Below are positions 31,565 to 44,962 of a DNA stretch of 64,000 nucleotides, piece after piece (position 1 is the stretch's first letter; the number at the start of each line of letters is the position of its first letter). A model generated the notes under the pieces. It was not told where the DNA came from. It ran no database searches and saw nothing but the letters and a program-made list of their open reading frames with translations. A program made the translations under genes and the position numbers. The stretch comes from Octopus vulgaris (lineage: Eukaryota). The stretch is from assembly GCA_951406725.2 (NCBI GenBank), contig OX597816.1:28520001-28584000 (forward strand). The letters are read 5' to 3'.

Positions 31565-31847
31565 GTGGAGGCGCAATGGCCCAGTGGTTAGGGCAGCGGA
31601 CTCACGGTTTCGATTCCCAGACCGGGCGTTTTGAGTGTTTACGGAGCTCCACGTGGCTCCGAAAGGGGATGGTGGCGATCCCTGCTATACTCTTTCGCCA
31701 CAACTTTCTTTCACTCTTTCTTCTATTGGCCTGCTCGCTTAGCCAGCGGGGTGGCGTCATTGAAGGCTAAAACAATGCGCTTCGCATTGTGACTAGCGAT
31801 GTGTAGCAACATCCGATAGCCTGGCCGGTCACGGGGATCACGGTGAT
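31565..31847 (+). mobile_element. tRNA-derived SINE family C with 10-bp TSD
   Basis: A-box TGGCCCAGTGGTTAG and B-box GTTTCGATTCC. The TSD ATAGCTATAT is at 31555-31564 and 31848-31857. Confidence 0.85.
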
Positions 31848-33131
31848 ATAGCTATATAGCAGTAAGGAAATTTTCCACTTAATTTTCTATAGATCAGCAT
31901 GGCCACAGCTCATGAGCTGAAACTAAAAAATCAATCATATATGTGCGAAAATGCGGATACACATGCGCGCACATATTGTTGTAAGCAGAATCTTTAGCAC
32001 GCCGGCCAAAATGCATAGCGACATTTCTTCCGGCTTTACGTTTAGTCATAGAGTTCTGCCGATGTCGACTTTGTCTTACATATTTTGGGAGGTACCGGGA
32101 TCTATCTGATCAACTTACCCACTCGACATTATCTCAGACCCGGAGTATAATTATTGTTGTAATAGAAGTAACAGAATCACCAGCAGCACCGCTGGTAGTA
32201 GCAATGCTTTCTGTTGTTGTAGTAAAGTAAGAATAATATGTTTCCTTTGCCACATTAGCTCGATTTAAGAGGGCATTACAAATCCTGTTTATATAATGTA
32301 TTTATTAAAAAAAATCGTATATATGCAACACTAAAATTTAAATGAACCTTTGGCCAAAGAATGTATTGAAAAGACATCATGCGTTAAGTTATAGGTGAAA
32401 ATATGTTTGTTTTTTATATTTTGTGTTTTCATGAGAATTCTAATAGCAATGATAATTATTAATATGATGCCACTTATGTCTATGGCCATAACTATTATGG
32501 TGATGATGGTGAGCGAGTTAATCATGGTGATTACGACCATTATGATGATGATGATGTTGACTGTAATAATGATTTTGATGATGGTGTTGATGCTGTTGAT
32601 GATGAGGATCATGATCATGATGACGACATCTTCCACAATTGACCAGATAAAATATGAATAGACAATGATAAATATGGCTCTACATCCTAAAAAGCATGTG
32701 TAGATCTTGTAGAAGTCGAAGATTATAGAGGGATTCAAGAAACTGTAATAAAATTCCAACTATGATGACTAAGAGCAACAACAATATCACAGAATCATAA
32801 TTCTAAGACTTTCCGCATAAGCAATTGTATTAGGTTGTCTTTTATAGGTAGATGACTTTGTATATATATATGTATATATATATATATGTAAGATGAAATG
32901 GGGTTAAAGATCATATCAGATATCGATTAAGCACTCAGTATTAAGGAATAGATTAAATTTCCAACGATCGGATACCAGTAAACGTAAGTAGAATACAGAT
33001 CCCAGGTGAATCCTCAAGGGTGGATTTGGTGGGCGGAATCGGAATTAGGATTACCTTGCTAATGTTTTGTTGATATATATTTTCGTAGATGTCATTAATA
33101 ATTTTAATAATGTTGTTTATATCTATGTATG

Positions 33132-33239
<108 letters not shown>

Positions 33240-33282
33240 TATATGCATATATATATACATATATATGTGTGTGTGAGTGTGT

Positions 33283-33420
33283 TTACTCCTTTACCTGTTT
33301 CAGTTATTTTACTGTGGCCATGCTGGAGCACCACCTTTAGTTGAGCAAATCAACCCCAGAACTTATTCTTTGTAAGCATAGTACTTATTCTATCGGACTC
33401 TTTTGCTGAACCGGTAAGTT
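33283..33420 (-). mobile_element. SINE family A 3' fragment
   Basis: Reverse-complement family A tail. Confidence 0.8.
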
Positions 33421-33470
33421 ATATAAACATACACTTATATACATATATATATATAGGACTATATATGTAT

Positions 33471-33502
<32 letters not shown>

Positions 33503-33600
33503 GTATGTATATGTATGTTTATACATATATGAATATATTTATATATATATATATATATATATACACAATATATACACAAGTATATATGTATATATATTTC

Positions 33601-33637
<37 letters not shown>

Positions 33638-33690
33638 CATGTATATATGTATATCTATATATATATATTCATGTATATATGTATCTATTT

Positions 33691-33748
<58 letters not shown>

Positions 33749-33780
33749 GAAGTTAAACGCAGGCGTTTTTCAGATTCTTT

Positions 33781-33870
33781 TTTTCCGATATATGTTTCGA
33801 AGACAACATTGTATTATTCCAAAAGGATAAGAATGGTGTAAAACAATGTTATCTTCTCATCAGGGAAAGA
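33781..33870 (-). ncRNA. Type I hammerhead ribozyme-like motif with extended stem II
   Basis: TTTCC-CTGATGA-GAAGATAACATTGT..ACAATGTTGTCTTC-GAAA-CATATA-TC-GGAAA. Confidence 0.75.
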
Positions 33871-34115
33871 AAGAAACCAAAATCATCAATAAGACATTTT
33901 AACAGAATGCGATGTATCTGTATAATGATGAACGGAATACTATTAAGTTGTTTTCTAAAAAACATCATAGGTAGCCTACAGAAAGAGAAGAGGGAAAAGA
34001 AAGAAATAAGTAGAAAACTAATAAAGGAGAAATGTAGAGGGATATGTGAATTAAAATAAAAGCTTGAAGACTTGATAATAGATATATCTAGTGGAAGTGA
34101 AATGTAAGAAGAAAA

Positions 34116-34470
34116 TCAATGTTCAATTATATAGAATCTTAGAAGTGACTTATATGAACTAAATGTATGATTCTGCCAATGTTTACATTGATTAGCACGC
34201 TCTATAAACATGTTTACAAGGAGATTCTTAGAAAATAAAATATAGAGGAACTCACTATTACAGAGTTGGCAGAATTCTTTGCCTTTATCATATGGTAATG
34301 AAATGGAGAGAATCAACCAATATAAATTAAATTGTTTATTATGATCTTTTAGGTACCAAATTAATTTACTAAGCCCTGTACTATTGCGTTTATTACTATC
34401 CCTAAATGTAGAGTAATGATTAAAAATTCTTTTAAATAGCTGAGACGAACTTCCCATATGAAAAAGACAT
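34116..34470 (-). pseudogene. GIY-YIG endonuclease domain of the PLE
   Basis: Reads (Y/H)(I/M)GSSSQLFKRIFNHYSTF...NSTGLSKLIWYLKD...YWLIL...YDKGKEFCQLCNSE. The inverted copy is at 36201-36473 (+). Confidence 0.85.
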
Positions 34471-34929
34471 CGGTACCGGAAGTAATTTTACTCTGGTATA
34501 TAGAGTTTTTAATCTTAGAATTACTAGACATAAACTTAATTCTGTTGAAATTGACTTCAGAGATAATAACCTTGTTGCTAATATTACTAGGGGAATGGTT
34601 ATTATTAGCTAAATTAATGTTAGTATTTTCAGTAATTGCATTCTTATTTAACAGACTAATATTATGTGAAGAGATAATTTGTGAAAGATTTTTTTTGTGT
34701 GTTAGAAAAACTAACTCGTGTGCGAGTTGATAATCGAGTAATACTTAGAATTCTTTGGAAAGTTCTAAATAATAGCTTCACGGAACTGGAAAGGAAGATT
34801 GCATTTAATTTGTCTCCCATAAGGAATAGTCAACCAAATAGCTTTGCTAGTAGTTGCCTTATTGTTATTGTAACTATCTTTAAAAGAATTCGACTTACCT
34901 TTAGAAGGAAAATGGGATTTAAATAACGG

Positions 34930-36200
34930 TTAACTCCCTTGCGCTGAAAAAGCTTTACTCTGTTTGGTGTTGGCATCTAAATTAAAATCTTTCATATCGT
35001 TACAACTAGATTTCATGTCTCCATTACTAAATTTAGAGTAAGATTGAATAGAATTAAGGTAGGTAACTTTATCTATATAGCAAGCTTTAAGTAAGGCAGA
35101 ATTATAAAATTCAGCCTTGTCGTTGAAAATGTCAATATTAGCAGATAACTTAGACAATCTGCATGAAAGATTTTTAACTAAATTCTTAATGATGGCACTA
35201 GAATGATTACTGAATTGGCTAATATACTTAAGATTGGTTGATGGTTTGTGGTATGGGAAATACGTATTGTTGTATAAGTTAAGTGTAATATCTAAAAAGT
35301 GGGCTTTCGTTACATCCTCATCAATAACGATGTCTAAGCCCGTTCTTCGGAAAAACTTAACTAAACTATTCTTAACCTTTTGTACTCTTTGGTTAGAAAC
35401 AATTTGAAGGTAGAGTAAACCATCATCACGATGTAGACCTCCATTGATGCTTGGGTACTGGTCTGCCATTTCATAAAGTATATATATATATATATACCGA
35501 CCAAATCAGCTATTTGTGCTGAATCAGGACTTCCCATCGTGACATCAAAACCAGCGGGTGTATATTTAGTGACCCTCAGCTTGTTAACAAATTTTAAGAT
35601 AGATTTTCTGGCGGCCAACATGACATTAATCTCTTCCATGGTGAGACCAGCTTCGTTGTGAGCTAAACCGGAGTGCCTTATTAAGTACTATTGAGTTGAT
35701 GGAGGAATAGAAATGTCAAACTGGATAATGGAAATGTCAAACTAGAAATGTCAAACTGGATAAAATTAGTGCTCTTCTTATTAGTAATACAGCCATACCA
35801 GTCAACGACTTGGAAGGAATTGGACAATAAACTAAGATTTAATTTTTTAACTAAGGTAGGAATATATTTATCTAGAATATTTTTACTAAGTACATCGATG
35901 TCAGATCTAGAAGGACAGATAAGTCGTAAGGATGGCTTATTAAAAATGTTTTTCTATGATATTTTAAAATAAAACCAGGTTGCTTAGGATCAAGCGGTTC
36001 TGTCTTCATCTGTAAGTCATACTTCTCCATAATTTTCTTAGCCCCAAGGCTGGCTTTCCTGAGTGCACTTTTACCGGTAATTCTATTGTTCTTATAAAAA
36101 TTTTATGAAATGAAGTTCCAGGTAATAGTGCTTGGTAAGTTTCTACAGGTTTCTCGTTTTATCTGACTGAACCAGTATACTATCCATGCTATGAATTTCC
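34930..36200 (-). pseudogene. Reverse transcriptase domain of the PLE (frameshifted)
   Basis: Motifs PSLRLICPSRSDIDVLSKNILDK, FDI, ARKSIL, FDVTMGSPDSAQIADLVGIY, GLHRDDGL, FLDITLNL, PYHKP and SNHSSAIIKNL. Confidence 0.88.
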
Positions 36201-36789
36201 ATGGTGATATTTTATATAGGTAGTTCTTCACAGTTATGTAAAAGAATTTCTAATCATTACTCTACATTGAGGGATAGTAATAAACGCAATAGTACAGGGC
36301 TTAGTAAATTAATTTGGTATCTAAAAGATCATAACAAACAATTTAATTTATATTGGTTGATTCTCTCCATTTCATTCCCATACGATAAAGGCAAAGAATT
36401 CTGCCAACTCTGTAATATTCTATTTTCTAAGAACCCCCTTGTAAACACGTTTATAGAGCGTGCTTATCATTGACAGGAACATAGCTTTAGTTCATATAAG
36501 TGATTTCTACCATTCTATATATTTGCACTTTGTTTCTTCTTACATTTCACTTCCACTAGATATAGCTATTTCTAAGCCTATAAGCTTATATTTTAATTCA
36601 CATATCGCTCTACATTTCTCCTTTGTTAGTTATCTGCTTATTTCTTTATTTTATCTCTTCTCTTTCTGTAGGCTAGCTATGACGTTATATCTACTAACGG
36701 TTTTTTAGAAAAAATTAATAGCGTCCGTTCATCATTATACACATACATCGCATTCTGTTAAAATGTCTTATAGATGAGTTTGGTTTCTT

Positions 36790-36880
36790 TCTTTCCCTGA
36801 TGAGACGATAACTTTGCTCTACACATTTTTGTTCCTTCTGGAATAATACCAATGTTGTCTTCGAAACATATATCGGCAGT
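36790..36880 (+). ncRNA. Hammerhead-like motif in the inverted arm
   Basis: TTTCC-CTGATGA-GACGATAAC..GTTGTCTTC-GAAA-CATATA-TC-GG. Its stems are more eroded than in the left copy. Confidence 0.65.
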
Positions 36881-37500
36881 AAAAGAATTTGAATAACACT
36901 TGCGTTTAATTCCATTTATTTAATTATATATATTATACAAAATATTTCACGTTAACCCGGAATTTCTACCTTTAGAAACAGGATGTTACGCTCTTATTGT
37001 ATGACTTTTTGCTTCCCTCGTAACTCCTTATTTATTTTTCGTGTTAATTGTAAACAAGGGAAAGCGCACACATCTGCTTGGTCTTATATATATCTACCAA
37101 CTTTGACCCTCCGCAGAATCCCAGATTTTAAGTAATTGGCTTTGGTGGATTAACTGTTTTGTTCAGGGCGTACCTTGTGAATTGTTCGAAATACGGAGTA
37201 GAAAAACAGCCGACAACTGACGGGGGTTCGTTCATTATGCTGCTTGTGTTGTTTTTCATTTGTTTTCTTTCGTTCCAATTTGTTTCTTTTGTTGCTCACA
37301 AAAAAGTTCGTATTCCATGTTTTCGTATTTCGTATTTCAAGTTGTTTACGTTCTGTGACGTCCTGTGCCCATACGTGCATATGTATATACATATATATGT
37401 ATGTATGTACATATACGCATGTATATATGCATATATATTATTTATATTATTATATAATTGAACACCATGCATCTATTTCCAAGTATATATATATATCGAT

Positions 37501-37548
<48 letters not shown>

Positions 37549-37575
37549 AACTGTAATTACTCACATATGTACACT

Positions 37576-37626
<51 letters not shown>

Positions 37627-38340
37627 GTATATGCATAAATCCATACACACACTCATATATATACATAGATACACACGTAAAACCATCCATCCATACATAC
37701 AAACATACATACATATGTACATACATACTTATTTGTATGCATACACAGGGACAGGTGTCATTGGATATTGAGAATTGTGTTCCCAAGCACATGGCTGTAG
37801 GTTGAGTCACACTCCGAAGCACCCTTGGTAGGCGCTTTCAAATAGAACTCTGTACCGACCAAAAGGTTTTGAGTGGATTTAGTGAGAGGGGTGGCAAACA
37901 GAATATAATCCTATATATATGTAAGATATCTTCTGTTAGGCATTCTTCAGAGAGACACTCAAATAATATCATTTGATTCCTGCTTCAAGAATTTTTAATA
38001 GGATGTATCTTATATGATTTCTACTACATGTACAATTTTGTAATTCCTATTAGGAAATGAATCACGTGTATTGAACAATAAATAATGCTAAATGTATTTT
38101 CAAATTTTATATTTTCAAATTGTTATTCTGAAGAAAATATCGTCTAGTATATTTTAAATTTTACGCATTCCTCAAACAATTATAACATTTCTATAGAGAA
38201 GATGTCCTTGAAGATGTCACAGCTTGGATTTTAAAAGAATCTACTTAATATATGTATGTGTATATATGTGTGTGCGCGTGTTTGTGCATGTGAGAGTATG
38301 TATGCATGTATGTATGTATGTATGTATGTATGTATGTATG

Positions 38341-38382
<42 letters not shown>

Positions 38383-38437
38383 ATCTATCTATCTATCTAT
38401 TTATCTCTGTCTTTCTGTCTCTTTATATATATATATA

Positions 38438-38599
38438 GGCGCAGGAGTGACTGTGCTGTAAGTAGCTTGCTTACCAACCGCTTGGTTCTGGGTTCAGTCC
38501 CACTGTGTGGCACCTAGAGCAAGTGTCTTTTACTATAGCCTCGGGCCGGCCAAAGCCTTGTGAGTGGATTTGGTAGACAGAAACTGAAAGAAGCCTGTC

Positions 38600-38665
<66 letters not shown>

Positions 38666-38895
38666 GTATATGTGTGTGCGTGTGTGTGTATATGTGTGTA
38701 TGTGCTTGTGTGTCTGTGTTTGACCCCCAGCATCGCTTGTGTTTATGTCCCCGTAACTTAGCGGTTCGGCAAAAGAAACCGATAGAATAAGTACTAGGCT
38801 TACAAAAAATACGTCCTGGGGTTGATTTGCTCGACTAAAGGTGGTGCTCCAGCATGACTGCAGTCAAATAACTGAAACAAGTCAAAGAGGAAAAG
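38438..38895 (+). mobile_element. SINE family A copy
   Basis: GGCGCAGGAGTG head through GACTGAAACAAG-like tail. Confidence 0.9.
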
Positions 38896-39097
38896 ACTTT
38901 ACGTATAAAATAGGTACAAGTAATGAGGTTTGTACATTTTATGTGCATTACAGAATTTTCAGACTTACAGAATTTTCAGATATGGGTGCATCAATGGTCG
39001 AATCTTATCAATACCTCAATGGATCCAATGAAAATATTGTGAACGACCGTTGGAATGCAATCTTCGTCAAAGTCTAACAAATGCTGAATTTATAAAC

Positions 39098-39870
39098 AAT
39101 TTATAAGTAAGGGCAAAAGAAAAATCTCTAATGCCAAAATATGCCGAAGATATACATAATGTCAATAACCATGTAATTTATCACTACAAGCACGCGTTTC
39201 GAAGAAAGCCGATTGAAATTTCTAAAAAAATCCCGTTATTACCATATCGGACCCGATTTCAGAGTTAGTTCATAGGCACCTTCCCTTCATCAGGCAAAGA
39301 AATAAGTGAAATACTTACTTATACCCATGAAAGAAGTGAAAACTAAGTCATGAGCACAATTAAGTACCCTAAATTTATCCAAAATAGAAACTCTCTAGTC
39401 CATCTCGAGACACGTGCGATTCGAACTGAAAAACTCTCGTAAAGTGATAGAATTTTTTTCGAAAAATTTTATCCTACATAAATTTTGATTTAATAGTGTT
39501 CACTTCTGGACTGTCTCACTTTAAGAGAGTTTTTTTAGTTCGAATCGCACGTGTCTCGAGCTGTGCTAGAGAATTTCTATTTTGGATATATTTGGGGTAC
39601 TTAATTGTGCTCATGACTTAGTGTTCACTTCTTCCATGGGTATAAGTAAGTATTTCACATATTTCTTTGCCGCATTTATCACTGATGAAGGGAAGGTTCT
39701 TATGAACTAACTCTGAAATCGGGTCCGGTATGGTAATAACGGGATTTTTTAGAAATTTCTGTCGGCTTTCTTCGAAACACGTGCTTGTAGTGATAAATTA
39801 CATGGCTATTGACGTTATGTCTATTTTCAGCATATTTTGGCATTAGAAATTTTTTCTTTTGCCCTCACTT

Positions 39871-39877
<7 letters not shown>
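39098..39877. mobile_element. ORF-less foldback element (about 350-bp inverted arms) with hammerhead-like cores
   Basis: 39098-39450 is the reverse complement of about 39515-39877. CTGATGA at 39682 and GAAA at 39774 are on +, mirrored on - in the left arm. It abuts (TA)n. Confidence 0.85.
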
Positions 39878-39913
<36 letters not shown>

Positions 39914-40035
39914 TCAGTACTCTGCAAAGTAAGTACCGGGGTTAACTCGTTCGACTAAACTATCCCAGGTGTTGCTCCAGCATGGCATCTGACCAATGAC
40001 ATTAGCAAGTAAAACGTGAAAGGCAATATACATAC

Positions 40036-40100
<65 letters not shown>

Positions 40101-41622
40101 CATGTATTTCACTGAAATACGTGATGTCAATACCTCAAACCTCGACAAATTAAAAAGCTGAGATGAAACTGTTGAAATATGAAATAAAAAAAATCACTAC
40201 CTGTTTTCAAAGGACTCCATCGATGAGTATATTCATTTGTTGCCATTTTTTAGATACCCCCAGCCCACTTCCCGCTATTCATTTTCATCGGAAAAATCAT
40301 TGTGTTGAATTAAGATTTTATATGTATTGCCAATGATCATATCAGTAATGCCTATCAGACTACCAGATCAACCTTTCACCATTCCATTTATCTTTCAAAT
40401 ATTGACATGTGGAAATTGAAGTAAAATGTACTTTATTTTTATTATTATTCTTTAAGTATATACAGAACGTGAATGCACATATGTCTAACGATATATTTCT
40501 CATTAATTGTCGCTTCCTCCTCTTTCTCCAACCAAACCCCATTCTCCATAGTATTAGAAGAATAATATTTATATTTTCCATTCAATAATAATAGCGATAA
40601 AGATGTATGGGTTTTCACTTGGCACCTATCCAACTTTATTGGGGGCGGGGAAGGAATATGCCTGAATTTAGCAATTTTCAGTTCTCCACTAGTGTCAATT
40701 CCATAGACTCACGGGAGAAGGAAAATCATAATGGTCTATAGCAGAATACAAATATGCACAAACACGTACTGGCAAACTCACTCAAAGCACACGTGTACAT
40801 GCGCGTATATAAATATTTCACATGCACACAAACGACGGAGACACACAAACAGAGGAAGAAGGTGTGAAATGGAAAAAAGTAGGGACAGGCACATATAATC
40901 GTAGTTGTGTATACGCATGTGTATTAATGTGTATGAATAGTCCTCCGCAATTTAACTACTTAATGCGCTTACGTTCAGAGAGAAAATCGATGTTTGTGAT
41001 CACTTTGACGATGGTGATCATCATCATAATAATAATGGTTTATGACATAGGCACAAGACCAGAACCATTTTGGTAAGAGTTTGTGTGACGTTTATCGATC
41101 CACAAGTGATGACTTGACTCGTACTTTATTTTATCAACTACGAAAATGTAAAATGCGCAGCTGATCGAACTCAGCGAGGTTTAACCATAGAATGTAAAGA
41201 TTTGGAAAAAATGCCGCAAACCACTTGGACACTAACGATTCTGTCGTCTCAGAACCCTGAGTAATTACTTGTTTAAGCAAAAGTACGATTATTTTGGTAG
41301 AAGGGCTAAGAGGAAATCAGCTACGTCAGTGCATGATCGCTAATTTACTTTATACACCGTCCGGAAATATGAAAATCAAAGTTAAATTTGGCAGGATTCT
41401 CACTTCGAACGTAATGAAACGGTAGAAATAGAGTAAACTACTTTTTTCGACGCTCTAAACATTTCACCAGCCCTCTGATGATGATGATGACAATTATAAT
41501 AATTGTAATAATAATAATGATGATGATGAGGCATTGAGTTGAATATGACATTGTGAGTTATTTAGGTAGGTAACAACAATTCAAAGCGAATACATGTGCA
41601 TGCATACATACATACATACATG

Positions 41623-42174
41623 GTGGCTGCCCCCTCGTTATCGAGTATGGCTATTGGTCGAAGCTTAATCAATGTTGTTATCGTGCAATACCTGTGCAAC
41701 AAGATTCTTTTAAAGTGAGGAAAGGCTGTGCACTGAGTCAATCCCACTCACTAAGCAACAGCAGCCATAATCCGAAAAGAAGAGCAAGTCAACATCATCG
41801 GTAACCACAGAGCCGCAGGCTTTATGTCGGAGTTATCCCAGTTACCTGAGTTACCATCTCCTAGAAGGATGCCCTAACAAAGGCTAGGAGTCCTTCACTC
41901 CCAATGGTTTAATCGCGCGATCGGATATTCATTCCGATTATTTCTATATCCCCGCGCATGATACAGCCTTAAGACATTTATTGGATGGCCGTTGACTCTC
42001 AAGAGTTCCTCCGTCCTTTGACGGGTTTTGTTTTTCATCCCGCAGGGTGTCCAATAAACACCCTCCTAACGAAGCAAGCTTGGTGGGGTTGCCGGTTTAG
42101 TCACCGACGACCCGACCATGCAACAGGTTGTACTGGGTTACATGTTACTAGTAGAACTCGAAAGTGACCTGACA
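41623..42174 (-). mobile_element. 550-bp non-autonomous retroelement (RTE-related), copy 1
   Basis: Same ends and internal sequence as 60147-60701. The 3' terminus is shared with the LINE tail at 6498-6530. It lies within a TACA microsatellite. Confidence 0.8.
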
Positions 42175-42671
42175 TACACATACATACAAACATACATACA
42201 TACATACATACATACATACATACATACATACATACATACATACATGCATGCATGACACACATAAATATTTAAGTGCATATAGATATATATAAATATATGC
42301 ATATATTAATGATAAAAAGTGAAGACGGAATGAACTAATAAAAAAAAAACAATTGTCTAATCTTCAAGATGCGTTACTCCCTTCTGGGCGTGGTACGATA
42401 CAGCAACACCAGATGCAACCCGCAATACATAGAAGGCTCTTCAGGTGGGATAATAAGGTTTTTAAACTGGGTGATTTACATTTGAGCTTAGCTGTATTGA
42501 GATATTATAACAGTTAAACAGACGCACTAAGAGATACGCACAATTTTTAATCTTATATTTGACTTATAAATATATTCATATATATACATCAATCTTACTC
42601 TCACTTCTCTCTGTGTTCACTCTCTTCCCTCTCTCTCTCTCTCTTTCTATATATATCGCTTAGAGATTTAT

Positions 42672-42729
<58 letters not shown>

Positions 42730-42833
42730 ATTATATATATATAAGTACATGTATGTATATAAATATAAGTATACATCTATGTATATCTACATATATAGGT
42801 GTATGTGTGTTTGTACATACATACGTGTGTATA

Positions 42834-42877
<44 letters not shown>

Positions 42878-44137
42878 ATCACACACACGTTAGCAGATAT
42901 ACAAATATATTCCTTTTGCTTTGTACATACGATAGCCTTATCAACAAGCAGGCATACGCTTTGGGCAATGTAATTTCTGACTTTTCTCTTTATACGTTGT
43001 GATAGAGACCACAACTAAAATAGAGAAGTAAGATAACAAAGAATTCATGGAGTCTAATTGGCATAAAAGATTTCACAACAAAAGGTATCGCATTTGACCT
43101 TCATGTTTTTCCTTGGAATTCTGTACTCCTGACTTTCAACAGAATGTGCAGTTGCTATTGCATTGAAGCCAACTAGGAAGGTTCTACGTCATCATCAAAT
43201 CTGCTAGCAATAGCGGCAATACCTGCTTCAGTTTATAGCCGACCAAATAAATTTACTAGTTGGTCATGGCTGGAAATACATTCAGGTGTGCTTGTTCATG
43301 CCTGATCTGTGGTGGAACGACAATAAATATAGCATTCTCAACCTTAAGATATTCGTTTCTTTTGGTTGAGATGGTTTTATGCTAATGAAAATCGTAGGAT
43401 ATTAGGGACATGTTTTGCTGTCCTTTTGTTATTTTAGCCACAGACCTGACATAGGTTTTAAAGGAGAACCTAAATTGCATTCTAAAATCAAATTCTCACA
43501 AAAATTACCAAGCAGAGATGGGACCTTAGATTGTTAGTAAAAGAAAAGAGTCAAACAAAACAGCATCATATTAACATTAGATCTGTTCTGTCAAGATGAA
43601 GACCCTCAAAGCACAACAGAGTATAAACCCTATGAATATATTTGCTCTTTATGGGCTCACGTGATTTTAAACAACACACAATTCGCACCCTAAATCGTCT
43701 TTAAAAAAATCAAAACCTGATTATTTGGAATATTCGATCGCCTTGACGAATGATTATTCACTTAGAATAGAATGGGGAGTTTATATCTCTAGTTTTATAC
43801 GGTACTGAAATAGAATTATAAATATATAGAACAAGTGTGAATCGAACCTATGCTTCATACAAAACCATAACCATCATGGTGAGGTCCCGACGCAAGACCT
43901 ACAAGTGACGACATCTCATCATTCACTTCTTATATGTTCTATTGATAGATAAACGAGGGACACATACGATAAAGGGCCTCTACTCATGTTTATTATAACT
44001 TTAATTATATGCGCTTAGTCAGGGATGGCCGTGGTTTAAACAGTTATTACAACAACAAATTTACTGGAAATTTTGATATATTCTCATGTCACAAACTCAT
44101 ATATACCTTTGTACCTGACGGAATAAACCTCAGGATA

Positions 44138-44532
44138 TCTTTATATATAAAAGGCAAGTTGTGTGTCTGTCTCCTACGATTTAGATTCCTAACTACTCCC
44201 ACATTTTTTTGTGCAGTTTAACCAAAACCGGGTATCTTATAGTCATGATTCATATCGAGCCCTTCTGGGTATTAGCGCGCGTCTACGATGAGTCTACGAT
44301 TTAAAAAAATGTTTACCATAATTTTTTTCCAGTTTAATGCATTTTCACTATTATATAAGGGAAGTAACTCTCTAAAAATGTCTACGATGAGTCAACGATT
44401 TAAAAAAAATTTACCATATTTTTTTTTCCATTTTTAATGCATCTTTTTGCTGTTTTTTGGCTATAACTCTCTAAAAATGCTTATATAGTTATTTCCCTTA
44501 CAAACCTGAGCAACGCCGGGCGATACTGCTAG
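44138..44532 (+). mobile_element. Non-autonomous Helitron
   Basis: The 5' end is A|TCTTTATATATAAAA and the 3' end is CTAG|T. There is a subterminal GC hairpin CCTGAGCAACGCCGGG (44505-44520), no TSD, and an internal tandem duplication of a GTCTACGATGAGTC unit. Confidence 0.88.
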
Positions 44533-44962
44533 TAACTTATAAAGATTACAATTGTAAGGCTCGTAGACCATTAGAAGTAAATGTTGTAACTGTTTATTCT
44601 TCTAATCAGTAATCGGATTTATAAGCCAACATTAGATATTGCTGCTGTGCCACGCAGACATTCGTATTGTCTTGCTACGCGGGAATATATCTGCTTCAGT
44701 TCAATAATATTTGTAGTTGTCTCCAACTAGATTTGAAACTGGAACGATGAGGAAGGAATTTTCGCTTCAGATACTTATTATATTGGAAAATAATACCGCA
44801 GACTTGATAGGGGCGACATATACAAGCAAGTGGTTATTCTACAACATTCATGGTACACATTCTTTTGATACCAATCGTAGAAAGTTGAAAAAAATTGTTC
44901 TTATCAAAATGGGGATCAATAGTCAACGGCATCCGAATGCAATAAATGATATTATTATCATT

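Larger units (their letters stand above)
33743..36919 (-). mobile_element. Penelope-like retroelement (probably Naiad-type), 5'-truncated, with about 720-bp inverted terminal arms
   Basis: RT and GIY-YIG remnants are on the minus strand. 36203-36919 is the reverse complement of 33743-34470. There is a TA array at the left end, and each arm carries a hammerhead. Confidence 0.9.

Noticed and set aside
31565-31630. tRNA-like sequences with A and B boxes
   Set aside because: These are SINE heads continuing into body, tail and TSD, with no complete cloverleaf.
40260-40310. Minus-strand IFSDE motif resembling a Tc1 catalytic region
   Set aside because: It is a single short motif with no TIRs or other transposase blocks.
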